A stretch of 64,000 bases of DNA from an uncultured Planctomycetaceae bacterium (GTDB lineage: Bacteria > Planctomycetota > Planctomycetia > Pirellulales > PNKZ01). Below the pieces are notes generated by a model, which had not been told where the DNA came from, searched no databases, and worked only from the letters and a program-made list of their open reading frames with translations. Below, piece after piece: positions 38,342-47,398 of this stretch. Within the stretch, counting starts at the first letter, position 1, and each line of letters starts with the position of its first letter. The position numbers and the translations under genes were made by a program. Location of the stretch: positions 15,261-79,260 of the forward strand of contig CAZZBK010000008.1 in NCBI GenBank assembly GCA_964652155.1. Reading direction: 5' to 3'.

Positions 38342-38435
38342 TATGCCAGCGGTGTCAAGAGATATTCACGGTGGACGACAAGTGAGACCCATAAAGCAAT
38401 TGCATGGATACAGGGTTTATCAACTCCCCCATCGG

Positions 38436-39422
38436 TCAATCTAAATATAACGAATACGCCATCGGCTCGGGTGCGAGGGAGCCTAACTGTTCACACAATC
38501 CAGCCAAATTGGGCATCTGCGACGAGATCGCCACGACATCGGTATAACCCCACGGTCGTCGCGCCACGTCCTGGATCGTTTGCACGTAATTTTGCGGCGT
38601 GATTCGGTTGAACACGAACGGATGCGGAATATAGCCCACGTCGAACAGCGCATACGTGTTGAGTAACTCGGCAAAGAGTTGCTGCATGTCTTGCTGGGCC
38701 GCGTGAAACTCGATTGCAAAGGCGTGCGGATAATTGATGCCGCTCTGCAACACATCGGCCACAATTCGCCGTTCCAGATTTTCGGTGTCGAGCTTGATAA
38801 ACGCGCTGCGCACCTCCTGCTCTCGCATGAAGGTCGACAGTCGGCCCGATTGGACGATCGTATTGGCTTGCGCGCCGATGCTGGCCGACGACGAGTCGCT
38901 ATGCTCGGGTCGTTGATAAAACGTCAGAAATCCATCATAGTCTGAAACCGCTTGCGGCACCCACTGCACCCACCGCTCCAACCCGTTCGCTTGAATGTTA
39001 TAGGGGATGAGTTCGCCCGAGACCGACGGATCAAAGCAAAACACGCGCCCGGCATGCCCGAGCGTGCGAAAGAAATTGGCATAACGCATGCCCACGTCAC
39101 CCACAAACGCGCCAACGTCCAAGAAGTCGACGCTCAGCCCGTGCCGAATCATGTGCCAGAGTATCAGATAGAGCCCATGCCGCGCTGCGTTCACCCGATC
39201 CAGATTCTCGAACGACACGGGACTGCGCGCATAGCCGCGACTAGCGACCTCGCGGTAAAATCCGTCGATGGGAAACCGCTTACAGGCCTCGGGGACCGAG
39301 ATGCGATAGAGATTGTCGGCGGCGAGCATAAATGCCTTGATATCGCCCAGATTGACAAAGTCGACCCCTTCGGCCGCAAACCAGCGGTTCGGCAAGGCAT
39401 CGGACTTAGGTGAGCCGTTCAT
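38436..39422 (-). CDS. FkbM-like methyltransferase
   Basis: FLDVGAFVGDVGMRYANFF...VFCFDPS pattern. More divergent than the neighbour. Confidence 0.65.
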   Translation of the reverse strand: MNGSPKSDALPNRWFAAEGVDFVNLGDIKAFMLAADNLYRISVPEACKRFPIDGFYREVASRGYARSPVSFENLDRVNAARHGLYLILWHMIRHGLSVDFLDVGAFVGDVGMRYANFFRTLGHAGRVFCFDPSVSGELIPYNIQANGLERWVQWVPQAVSDYDGFLTFYQRPEHSDSSSASIGAQANTIVQSGRLSTFMREQEVRSAFIKLDTENLERRIVADVLQSGINYPHAFAIEFHAAQQDMQQLFAELLNTYALFDVGYIPHPFVFNRITPQNYVQTIQDVARRPWGYTDVVAISSQMPNLAGLCEQLGSLAPEPMAYSLYLD

Positions 39423-39483
39423 GGGATCTCCGGAAATGAATGGTGTTCAAAAGGCATGTTGGCGACAGCGAGCCTCGTGGTCT

Positions 39484-40707
39484 TCATGCTTGGCTTGCCA
39501 TGCATTGGTAAAATTCACCCAATCGTTGGGATACGCCCTGGATATCAACGGCTGAAAACCGGTCGAGCGAGTACTCAAACTGGTTGTTCATGGCGCGCTG
39601 TAGCACGCTTCGCGGATCACGAAAGAACGACGCATCCGCGTTCACGACACCGGTGCCATAGCGACGAGCCAAGGAGTGCTGGAAACGTTGCCCAGGGTGA
39701 TGAATCACGCCGATCCCCGCTGAGATAAAATCAGCCACGCGCGACGAACCACAGCCCTCAATCGCCTCAGGCGCGATGTTGTCGAACGGTTCTTCCATTG
39801 CGAGTCGATCCGTGACCGCCGTGCCATAATCATAGCGCGTCAGCATCCGCCAGTAATCATCATCATAGACTTGGTCTTCAATGTGAAAATACGGCGTCAT
39901 ATATTGCAAGCGATAATAATCGGTCGCGTCAGGGTGACCCTGGAACTGATGCAAGTTGAAGTAGAGATGAACATGGATTTGATGTGCGCTGAGAATCTGG
40001 AACACACGCAACATGCTGCAATCGCCGCCGCCAACCCAGCCGATGCTGACGACATGGATCTCGCCCGGTGTATGCGGTTTCCGATGCGGTTCAATGCCCT
40101 CGGGCAAATGCCACAGGGGGTCATGCAAGAAGATACTGCGACGAGGTCGTTCGTAGCCCCGCTGTCGAATGAGGTACCGAATGCGCAGGTCGCGATACAC
40201 GAAGCCGTCGGCATTCGCAATGCACCACCGTTCCAGCATGTGACGCTGTATCGGCTCGTTCTTAAACTCACTACAAGGGTCATAAATATCCAGAATCACC
40301 GGCTTGGTCTTGTACGTCAAATACAAAGCGGCCTGATCGCCAAACGGCGTGAACAAATGCACGATCGGACCAGGAAACAGCCATTGTGCCAGCAGCAACA
40401 GCAGATGATTCTGCACGACGTGAGCAATATGAAAATGATCGCGAACATTAAATTTCGGCTGGTTCAGGGTCACCAAGATCGGCGTCCAGCCCGCCTGACG
40501 TGCGGCCTCCGCCAAGCGAATCTCTCGGCTATGGGTCACGATGGACAAGAACAAGACCGATCGGGCTCGCACCTCGGGGGGGAGCGAAGCAAACGACTGA
40601 ACCAACTGCGGACAAGCCTGTTCGAGCACCGCGCGCGCAAATTCCGCGCGGCCCTCAGTTGGTATTTGAGGGAGCAAAACTTCCAGCGGCTGGCCGTTAA
40701 CAATCAC
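39484..40707 (-). CDS. Hypothetical protein (407 aa), possible GT-B-like fold; no family recognised
   Basis: Its GTG start overlaps the upstream stop (GTGA at 40704-40707), so it is co-translated with the sugar genes. No motif I can name. Confidence 0.6.
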   Translation of the reverse strand: MIVNGQPLEVLLPQIPTEGRAEFARAVLEQACPQLVQSFASLPPEVRARSVLFLSIVTHSREIRLAEAARQAGWTPILVTLNQPKFNVRDHFHIAHVVQNHLLLLLAQWLFPGPIVHLFTPFGDQAALYLTYKTKPVILDIYDPCSEFKNEPIQRHMLERWCIANADGFVYRDLRIRYLIRQRGYERPRRSIFLHDPLWHLPEGIEPHRKPHTPGEIHVVSIGWVGGGDCSMLRVFQILSAHQIHVHLYFNLHQFQGHPDATDYYRLQYMTPYFHIEDQVYDDDYWRMLTRYDYGTAVTDRLAMEEPFDNIAPEAIEGCGSSRVADFISAGIGVIHHPGQRFQHSLARRYGTGVVNADASFFRDPRSVLQRAMNNQFEYSLDRFSAVDIQGVSQRLGEFYQCMASQA

Positions 40708-41816
40708 TTGAGCTTCTCGGCGATGTCAAAGGCCTGGGCAATGCAGTCGTCGATGTCGATGTAGCGGTAGCTGCCGGCCCGACCAATCGAGAAGACCCTC
40801 TCGGGCATCAGGTCGAAATACTTCTTGGCCAGCGCCCGCTCGCTTTTGATCGGCATGGCATAGTGCTTGCCGTTCATCGAAGGAAACTCGATGCCGATGA
40901 GCGTCGTCGGCGACTTATGCTGAGTGAACTTTTTGTACTCGACAATCCGTTTGTATTTTTCCTGGCCCGAGTAGTACAAAAAGAACACGTCGTCGGGAAA
41001 GCATTGCTCCATCGGCAGCACGATCGGGTGGAAGTCGAGTCCGACGAATCTCAGTTCACCGAAGCAATACTCGAAGAGAATGTCCGGTGCGATCGTGTTG
41101 ATGACCACGTCGTAGGTTTGCCATTCTCCTTTGAGCTTGACGCGACGTTGGGGGATGTCGTACTGCTCGATCTTCGTGGCCAGATGAACCTTGACATCGG
41201 CCGTTGAGATGCCGAAGTAATCGTCGTAGCCGTTGGCCGCGTAGGGGTAGGCCGTGATGCGGTCGGTAAAGCTGGCCCGGGCACCCGTGTGCAGCAGCGC
41301 ACCTTTGCTGGTCCAGGCCGGGACGGCATCGTCCAGCTCTTTGTTGCTGTCGACGAGCCACATCTTTTTATTGTAATACTTGCCAAACTTCTCATAGAGC
41401 GTGGGCCCCACCGATCCCAACCAGTAATCTTCGAGATTGGCCGAGGCCTCGCCGGTCGTCGCGGCCGCCAACTCGCGCTTAATCTGGTCGCGGTCGGGCA
41501 TTCGCTCGATGTCGTCGACGTGCATCGGAAAGTTGTAAAACTCTTGGTCGCGCTCCACATAGGTGAGAAACACATGCTTCAGCGGTCTGAGCGGCACATA
41601 CTGGTTCAGGAAGTGAAACAGCCGCTCGTCTTCCGTCAGAAAGTGTCGCGGGCCGAACGTGTGGGGATGCCCGCCGTACCATTGCGTGCGCACTCCCGCG
41701 CCCAGGAACGGGGCAGCCTCGACCAGCGTGACGTCCCAGCCGCCTTGCAACACCAACTGATGGGCGGCCGCGCAGCCGGCAAATCCACCGCCAATAACCA
41801 ATGCTGTTTTTTTCAT
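40704..41816 (-). CDS. UDP-galactopyranose mutase-like FAD enzyme (nucleotide-sugar pyranose/furanose mutase)
   Basis: ALVIGGGFAGCAAA FAD fold. C-terminal GRAGSYRYIDIDDCIAQAF parallels the Glf motif GRLAEYKYYDM. Size 370 aa. Confidence 0.7.
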   Translation of the reverse strand: MKKTALVIGGGFAGCAAAHQLVLQGGWDVTLVEAAPFLGAGVRTQWYGGHPHTFGPRHFLTEDERLFHFLNQYVPLRPLKHVFLTYVERDQEFYNFPMHVDDIERMPDRDQIKRELAAATTGEASANLEDYWLGSVGPTLYEKFGKYYNKKMWLVDSNKELDDAVPAWTSKGALLHTGARASFTDRITAYPYAANGYDDYFGISTADVKVHLATKIEQYDIPQRRVKLKGEWQTYDVVINTIAPDILFEYCFGELRFVGLDFHPIVLPMEQCFPDDVFFLYYSGQEKYKRIVEYKKFTQHKSPTTLIGIEFPSMNGKHYAMPIKSERALAKKYFDLMPERVFSIGRAGSYRYIDIDDCIAQAFDIAEKLK

Positions 41817-41857
41817 GCGTGACTCGTTCTCGATCGATTGCGACTCAACTCAAAACC

Positions 41858-42520
41858 TTAATCGGGCATTAAAAACCACCAGCAGTCGCCGGTGTAGCCC
41901 ACCTCGTTGAACAATTGCTGCCACTCGTCGGTGCTCATGTACGTTTTGCACGTGACAATCCAGCTCTCCAGCCGGGCTTTTTCGGTCGGCGTGCGATACG
42001 CGTCGACCATCACAAACGAGTGGCCGCGCGACACACGCTCGATCTCGCGCAGCGCCTGTTTGCACTCATCGAGCGGCAAATTGTGAATCGTGTTGATGGC
42101 CGTCACCAGGTCGAACGATTTCGATTCGTAGGGCAATTCATGGGCGCTCCCCACACGCAGATACGGACGCATGTCCTCCAGACTGTTGGCAATGGCGTAG
42201 TCAGAAATATCCAGCCCCGCCACGGTCGCCGCCGGCATTAACTCCTGGAAGTCGTGCAGCATGAACCCTTTGGCACAGCCAATGTCGAGAATCCGAGCGT
42301 CGGGCTTGAGCTGGTAGTGGTCACGAAATCGCTTCACCGTCGCTTGCCAAAAGCGCGGATGGTAGTTGTAGCCACCGTAGCCGTACAGGCGGTCGCCATC
42401 GAAATAGTCTTTGCCGTACAGGCGCGAGATCCGCCGCACCTCATCCGACACCGCCTCGCTTCGCTGCTCGACCACGCGTTTCGACTGCGGGTATTGGTCC
42501 ATCAGGTTGATTTCAGCCAC
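41858..42520 (-). CDS. Class I SAM-dependent methyltransferase
   Basis: ILDIGCAKGFMLHDF (motif I) and FDLVTAINTIHNL. A GTG start at 42520 lies 9 nt after GGAGG (42530-42534). Confidence 0.85.
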   Translation of the reverse strand: MAEINLMDQYPQSKRVVEQRSEAVSDEVRRISRLYGKDYFDGDRLYGYGGYNYHPRFWQATVKRFRDHYQLKPDARILDIGCAKGFMLHDFQELMPAATVAGLDISDYAIANSLEDMRPYLRVGSAHELPYESKSFDLVTAINTIHNLPLDECKQALREIERVSRGHSFVMVDAYRTPTEKARLESWIVTCKTYMSTDEWQQLFNEVGYTGDCWWFLMPD

Positions 42521-42526
42521 AGGGCA

Positions 42527-43447
42527 TTACCTCCGCACAATCGTCTGAAAAACGGTTTCGGCGTCAATGCCATGCGCCTTCCACAAGTCTTGCGGCGTGC
42601 CGAAGACGTGGATGAACTCGTCCTTGAGCGAGAACGTGACCAAGTCGCACGTGGCGCGATACTCGTAGGCCAGCGCCTTGGCCTGAGCCGCCAGGCCGGC
42701 CCGCTCACTGTGCTCTTCGATGATCACGACCCGCGAGTACTTTTGATAAATCTCGCGCAACCGTGACGAGTCGAGCGGTTTGATCGTCGGCACCGAAAAG
42801 AGCGCGGCCGACTGTTTCAGTTCTTTCTCGACTCGCGCGGCAATCTCGCTGGTCATCTTCATGATCGGGCCATACGACAGAAACGCGATGTCGCTGCCCG
42901 GCTTGATCAAGCGAATCTTGCCGAACGTGAATGGCTCGACCGCGTCGGCCGTGAGGGTCGGCTCCCCCGCTTTGCCCAACCGCAAGTACGTTGGCCCGGG
43001 ATGATCGGCACACGCCCAGGCGGCGGCGACCGTTTCAAGCGGATCGCACGGGGCAAGAATGCTCATGTTGGGCAATCCGCCCATGATGGCAATGTCTTCT
43101 TGCGCATGATGCGTGCCGCCGAGGGTCGAGTAGGCCAACCCGCCGCCAATCCCCACGACGGTCACCGGCAGATTCTGATAACACAAGTCGACGCGAATTT
43201 GCTCGAACGGACGGTACAGCGAGAACGTGGCAATCGAGTAGGCAAAGGCCTTGCAGCCGCGCATCGCGAGCCCAGCGCATGCGCCGATCATCGATTGCTC
43301 GGCCACGCCTACGTTATAAAACCGATCGGGAAATTCCTCGCGGAACTTGGCCATGCTGCCGGCCGGAGAGATGTCGGCCACCACGATGAACACCTTGGGA
43401 CGCGCCTTGGCAATGTCATACAACGTGCGAGAGAATGTGTCGCGCAT
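42527..43447 (-). CDS. Transketolase, C-terminal (pyrimidine-binding) subunit
   Basis: VGVAEQSMIGACAGLA and GGTHHAQEDIA motifs. ATG at 43447. Confidence 0.88.
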   Translation of the reverse strand: MRDTFSRTLYDIAKARPKVFIVVADISPAGSMAKFREEFPDRFYNVGVAEQSMIGACAGLAMRGCKAFAYSIATFSLYRPFEQIRVDLCYQNLPVTVVGIGGGLAYSTLGGTHHAQEDIAIMGGLPNMSILAPCDPLETVAAAWACADHPGPTYLRLGKAGEPTLTADAVEPFTFGKIRLIKPGSDIAFLSYGPIMKMTSEIAARVEKELKQSAALFSVPTIKPLDSSRLREIYQKYSRVVIIEEHSERAGLAAQAKALAYEYRATCDLVTFSLKDEFIHVFGTPQDLWKAHGIDAETVFQTIVRR

Positions 43448-43449
43448 GA

Positions 43450-44274
43450 TTAGTTGCCCCCCAATTCGTTGACCGCCTGTTGATACTCGGCCGGGTTGGG
43501 CGAACGATAGTGCCAAATGGGCACGTTCTCCATGTAGCTCACCCCCTTGCCCTTGGTCGTGTGACCGATCACAAACATCGGCCGCTCGCCGCTCCGGCGA
43601 CTGACCGCGTCATAAACCGCCTGCGGGTCGTGGCCATCGATCTCGGCCGTCTCCCAGCCGAAGGCCTTGATCTTGTCGACGATCGGATAGAAATTCGGCA
43701 GCACCTCGCTGGTCCGACCCAGCGATTGGAAGTCGTTCAGATCGACAAACGCGACCAGATTGTTGAGCTTCCAAGAGGGAGCGAGCATCAGGGCTTCCCA
43801 GACCGAGCCCTCTTGCAACTCGCCATCGCTCTGCACAACAAACGTCCGTCGATCGACGTTGAACACCTTATCGTGCAAGGCCATCCCCAGCGCGAGCGGC
43901 AAGCCGTGGCCAAGCGAGCCGGTCGAGGCTTCAATGCCCGGCAGGCCAATGTCTGGATGCGTCCCCAGGATGCCCCCGGCCTGACAAAACCGATCGAGCT
44001 CTGCCTTGGGCAGAATGCCGAGCTTTTCGAGGACGACATACTGGGCCAGCGAGCCGTGTCCTTTGGACAAAATAAACGAGTCGATGTATTGGTTGTCGCT
44101 GTCGCGTCGCATCAGCGCGTGGTACACGACGTCGACCATCTCAAGGCACGAGAAGGCGCCGGCACCGTGGAGGGCCGTGACCTTTTGCGACAATTCGAGG
44201 ATCCGCAGTCGGTAGCGCCGGCAGCGCTCGCGGCTCGCGGCGAGGTCAAACGGGGTCATGGGGCTTGGGCTCAT
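43450..44274 (-). CDS. Transketolase, N-terminal (ThDP-binding) subunit
   Basis: LSKGHGSLAQY, STGSLGHGLP and SDGELQEGSVWEA motifs. Confidence 0.88.
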   Translation of the reverse strand: MSPSPMTPFDLAASRERCRRYRLRILELSQKVTALHGAGAFSCLEMVDVVYHALMRRDSDNQYIDSFILSKGHGSLAQYVVLEKLGILPKAELDRFCQAGGILGTHPDIGLPGIEASTGSLGHGLPLALGMALHDKVFNVDRRTFVVQSDGELQEGSVWEALMLAPSWKLNNLVAFVDLNDFQSLGRTSEVLPNFYPIVDKIKAFGWETAEIDGHDPQAVYDAVSRRSGERPMFVIGHTTKGKGVSYMENVPIWHYRSPNPAEYQQAVNELGGN

Positions 44275-44310
44275 GGCAGATCGATCTCAAAAAGGGCTAC
44301 GTCGTTTGAT

Positions 44311-45195
44311 TTACTTCTCTTCGGCCAGCATTTGTCGCAATCCGATCTCCAAATCGACCGGCTGCACATTCGGGAAAGCCCGCAAGCGATCGCTCACGTC
44401 AAAGTGGCGGTGCGTGATCGGGTTGGCCCGCGGTGACGGTACGATTTCAACCGCTTTGCCCACAAGTCGGGCCACGATCGTCGCGGCATCAAAAAACGAG
44501 ACGCTCTTGCCCGTGGCGACGTTGAGCACGCCTGAGCTACGGTGTCGCAACGCCTCGACCACGATACGAGCCACGTCGTCGACATGGATATGATCGCGCT
44601 GCTCCTCGCCGCCGCCAAAGAGCGCGATCTTGCCGTCTTTGCGAGCCGTGCGGACAAAACGATTCGGGCCGTAACTGTTGTGCGGATCACTGGCTCCATA
44701 AATGACACTCGGCCGCAGCAGCGCTAAAGGAATGCCCGGCTTCTGCAGCGTGGTGGTCAGCATGACCTCGCGGGCCAGATGCATCACGCCGTGATAACTG
44801 GCCGGATGGCATGGCGAGTCACTGCGGATCAGCGCGTCGTTGTCGCTATACACCGCGTCCGAGCCAATGTAGACGACGTGGTTGCAACGCGTTTTCTCGA
44901 TGGCCTGGCAGACGTTTTGCGCCATCGACAAATTACGCATCAACGTGGCAATATCTCGGCCGCGTGAGGGTGCCAAAGCCGAGACAAACACGAGCGCGTC
45001 CGTCGGTTTGAGGATGTGCGCGAGCTGCTCAACCGCCTCGGCTTGGCACAAGTCCAGGTCGCAGGAGGCGAGCGACAGGTGATCGAGCTGGCGCGCGGCG
45101 AGTTGCCGCACGATGGCTCGGCCGACGAACCCTGAGCCGCCGAGGACGACGACTCGCTGGGGATTTTGTGGCGTGGCAAGATGATGCGTGATCAT
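44311..45195 (-). CDS. NAD-dependent epimerase/dehydratase family protein (atypical)
   Basis: VVVLGGSGFVGRAI Rossmann motif. The ATG at 45195 overlaps the upstream stop (ATGA). I did not find a canonical YxxxK. Confidence 0.75.
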   Translation of the reverse strand: MITHHLATPQNPQRVVVLGGSGFVGRAIVRQLAARQLDHLSLASCDLDLCQAEAVEQLAHILKPTDALVFVSALAPSRGRDIATLMRNLSMAQNVCQAIEKTRCNHVVYIGSDAVYSDNDALIRSDSPCHPASYHGVMHLAREVMLTTTLQKPGIPLALLRPSVIYGASDPHNSYGPNRFVRTARKDGKIALFGGGEEQRDHIHVDDVARIVVEALRHRSSGVLNVATGKSVSFFDAATIVARLVGKAVEIVPSPRANPITHRHFDVSDRLRAFPNVQPVDLEIGLRQMLAEEK

Positions 45196-46475
45196 ACGTT
45201 TCCTTGTCGTGGGGCGCAGCCCAGGCGGTAGTAATCGAGGCTGGCCGACTCGCAACGAGCACCGTCGAGCACGCCGTAAGGATCGATCACCGTGCGGCCG
45301 GCAAGACGTTCACGGATCGCGCGAGGGTCGACCTGAGCGAATGCTTTCCAGGGGGTGACAATCGCGAGCGCCGCGGCCCCTGAGCAGGCTTCGAGCGCCG
45401 AGCCCACCTGGGTGCAATGCGGCGCGTCGGTCAATGTTGCCTGCGGGTCATACGCCTTCAGTGGGACATGCCGCAGCGCGTGGATCAAATCGACGGCGGG
45501 CGAATTCTTAGTCGAGGTCGTGTCGGCCTTGTAGGCGATGCCCCAGACGGCCAACGGGGCGGCGGGCGAGTGTCGCAGCACGCGGTCGTGTAGCTCGCCA
45601 AGCACCCAATCGCGGCGGTGTCGACTGTTGATCCGCCATGCCTCGACGATGCTCGCGTCGGCACCGTGCTCAGCCGAGAGGCGGCTGATTGTCGCCCAAT
45701 CGCGCTCCAAGTTGCCCCCCGCAATGCCCAGCCCGGGACTCAAATAAGCGTAAGGGCCAATGCGGCGATCGAGACGCAAGGCCGGGGCGATTTCCGACCA
45801 GTCGGCGCCAATTCCCTCGCATACCTCGGCGAGCATGTTCGTCACACTAACCGACGAAGTGAGATACATGTTGATAGATATTTTTGCCAGCTCGGCACTC
45901 TCGTACCGCATGGGCATGATCGGACAGTTGAACGCTTGCAGCAGCCGCTCAAACGCCTCGGGGAGCGTCTGCTGGGGATCGCGACAACCGACCATATACC
46001 GCTCGGGTTTCATGGCCCGTTCGACGGCCGCGCCGAAGATGAGCGTTTCCACCTGATAGAACCACAGCGGCGTCTGGGCTCGATAACGGTTGGCCAGTCG
46101 GCGGGTGAACCCTGGCGTGACTTGGCTCAACAGGACGTAGACGGTCTGTTCGTTGGCCGCGCGAGTCATGACGGATTCGATCAAGTGTTCGAGCGCGGTC
46201 GTGTCGCTCTGACCTCGGTCGTCGGTGGCGATATCCAAGGCAAATACGACCACTTCGCAATCGCGAAGAGACTCGACGGTGGTGGTTGGCTTTAATCGCG
46301 TCGAGTTGACCGCAAGCAACTCGGCGAGGCCGGGCTCGAAGAACGCCGTTTGGCCACGCTGGAGCGGCGTGACGATCTCGGCGCGGTCATCATACGCCAC
46401 GACGTCGAAGCCGTGCGCGGCAAAAGCGGCGGCGGTGTTAATGCCCAAGTGCGAGAGTCCGGCGACGCCGATCAT
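45192..46475 (-). CDS. UDP-glucose/GDP-mannose dehydrogenase family protein, catalytic Cys position occupied by Asn
   Basis: N-terminal Rossmann IGVAGLSHLG and AELAKISINMYL motifs. PGLGIAGGNLERDW aligns to the canonical PGFxFGGSCLPKD, with N (codon 45711-45713) at the Cys position. Confidence 0.75.
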   Translation of the reverse strand: MIGVAGLSHLGINTAAAFAAHGFDVVAYDDRAEIVTPLQRGQTAFFEPGLAELLAVNSTRLKPTTTVESLRDCEVVVFALDIATDDRGQSDTTALEHLIESVMTRAANEQTVYVLLSQVTPGFTRRLANRYRAQTPLWFYQVETLIFGAAVERAMKPERYMVGCRDPQQTLPEAFERLLQAFNCPIMPMRYESAELAKISINMYLTSSVSVTNMLAEVCEGIGADWSEIAPALRLDRRIGPYAYLSPGLGIAGGNLERDWATISRLSAEHGADASIVEAWRINSRHRRDWVLGELHDRVLRHSPAAPLAVWGIAYKADTTSTKNSPAVDLIHALRHVPLKAYDPQATLTDAPHCTQVGSALEACSGAAALAIVTPWKAFAQVDPRAIRERLAGRTVIDPYGVLDGARCESASLDYYRLGCAPRQGNV

Positions 46476-47398
46476 GCTGCCGCCTCTTCCTGGGTCGTGG
46501 TCAACTGCCGTAGGGCCGCGTGAATGACTCGATCGGTGGCGATGTTGGACTCGCCCCGCTCGCAGAGTTGCAAAAAGTGTTCGTATTCAAGTTGCCAAGT
46601 CGGATCGGCACATTCGATCGTTTCCGACTCTTCCAGGGGCCGACCGCTGGGCAATACGCGCTTGCGAAGCGTCCACGTGCTGGGTCCCCACTTGCACAAA
46701 CAGTGAACGTGCATGCTGCCCAGTTCGCCGAAGAGATCGAGCTGAAAGGTATTTCGCCAGGAGACCATCGTGGCCTCAAAGATCAACTGCGGACTGGGCT
46801 TATTCGAGCCGAATAGCACATGGTCGGGCGCACGGTTTTCAAAGCGATCGATGCTCCACGGCCTGAACGCGCGACCCTCCAATCCCAGGCCAAAGAAGTC
46901 GACGAGGTCGAGCAGATGCGAGCCGATATCGGTGAGCACGCCCCAACCCTGATCGCGCCAGGCCGAGTTGCGCACATCTCGGGCAGTGCCGTTGCCATAG
47001 AACATCCGCAACAAGTAGACCTGACCGAGCACGCCGCGTTGCAGGTGCTCGCGGACCCGCATCAGATGAGGTTCAAAGCGATGATTGTAAGCCGTGTAGA
47101 GCGTGACTCGCTGGCGGTGCGCGAGTTCGCTCAGTTCATCGAACTCGGCCTCGCTGGCGAGCAGCGGCTTCTCGACCAGCACGTGCTTGCCGTGAGCGAG
47201 CAGATAGCGGAGGCATTCGACCTTGGCGTCGTCGGGCGTGCAGAGGCAGGCCGCGTCATAGCGGTCGAGCGGCACGTCTTCGATCCGGCGATACTCGGCC
47301 ACGGGCGCAACAGGGTCGACCGTCGTGACGACGTGCGACTGAGCGACCTGTTGTCGCTTGCGTCCCTGATTGCCGAGCCCGACGATCGCGAGTCTCAT
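46472..47398 (-). CDS. Gfo/Idh/MocA family oxidoreductase
   Basis: MRLAIVGLGNQGRKR and LVEKPL motifs. ATGA overlaps at both ends. Confidence 0.85.
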   Translation of the reverse strand: MRLAIVGLGNQGRKRQQVAQSHVVTTVDPVAPVAEYRRIEDVPLDRYDAACLCTPDDAKVECLRYLLAHGKHVLVEKPLLASEAEFDELSELAHRQRVTLYTAYNHRFEPHLMRVREHLQRGVLGQVYLLRMFYGNGTARDVRNSAWRDQGWGVLTDIGSHLLDLVDFFGLGLEGRAFRPWSIDRFENRAPDHVLFGSNKPSPQLIFEATMVSWRNTFQLDLFGELGSMHVHCLCKWGPSTWTLRKRVLPSGRPLEESETIECADPTWQLEYEHFLQLCERGESNIATDRVIHAALRQLTTTQEEAAA

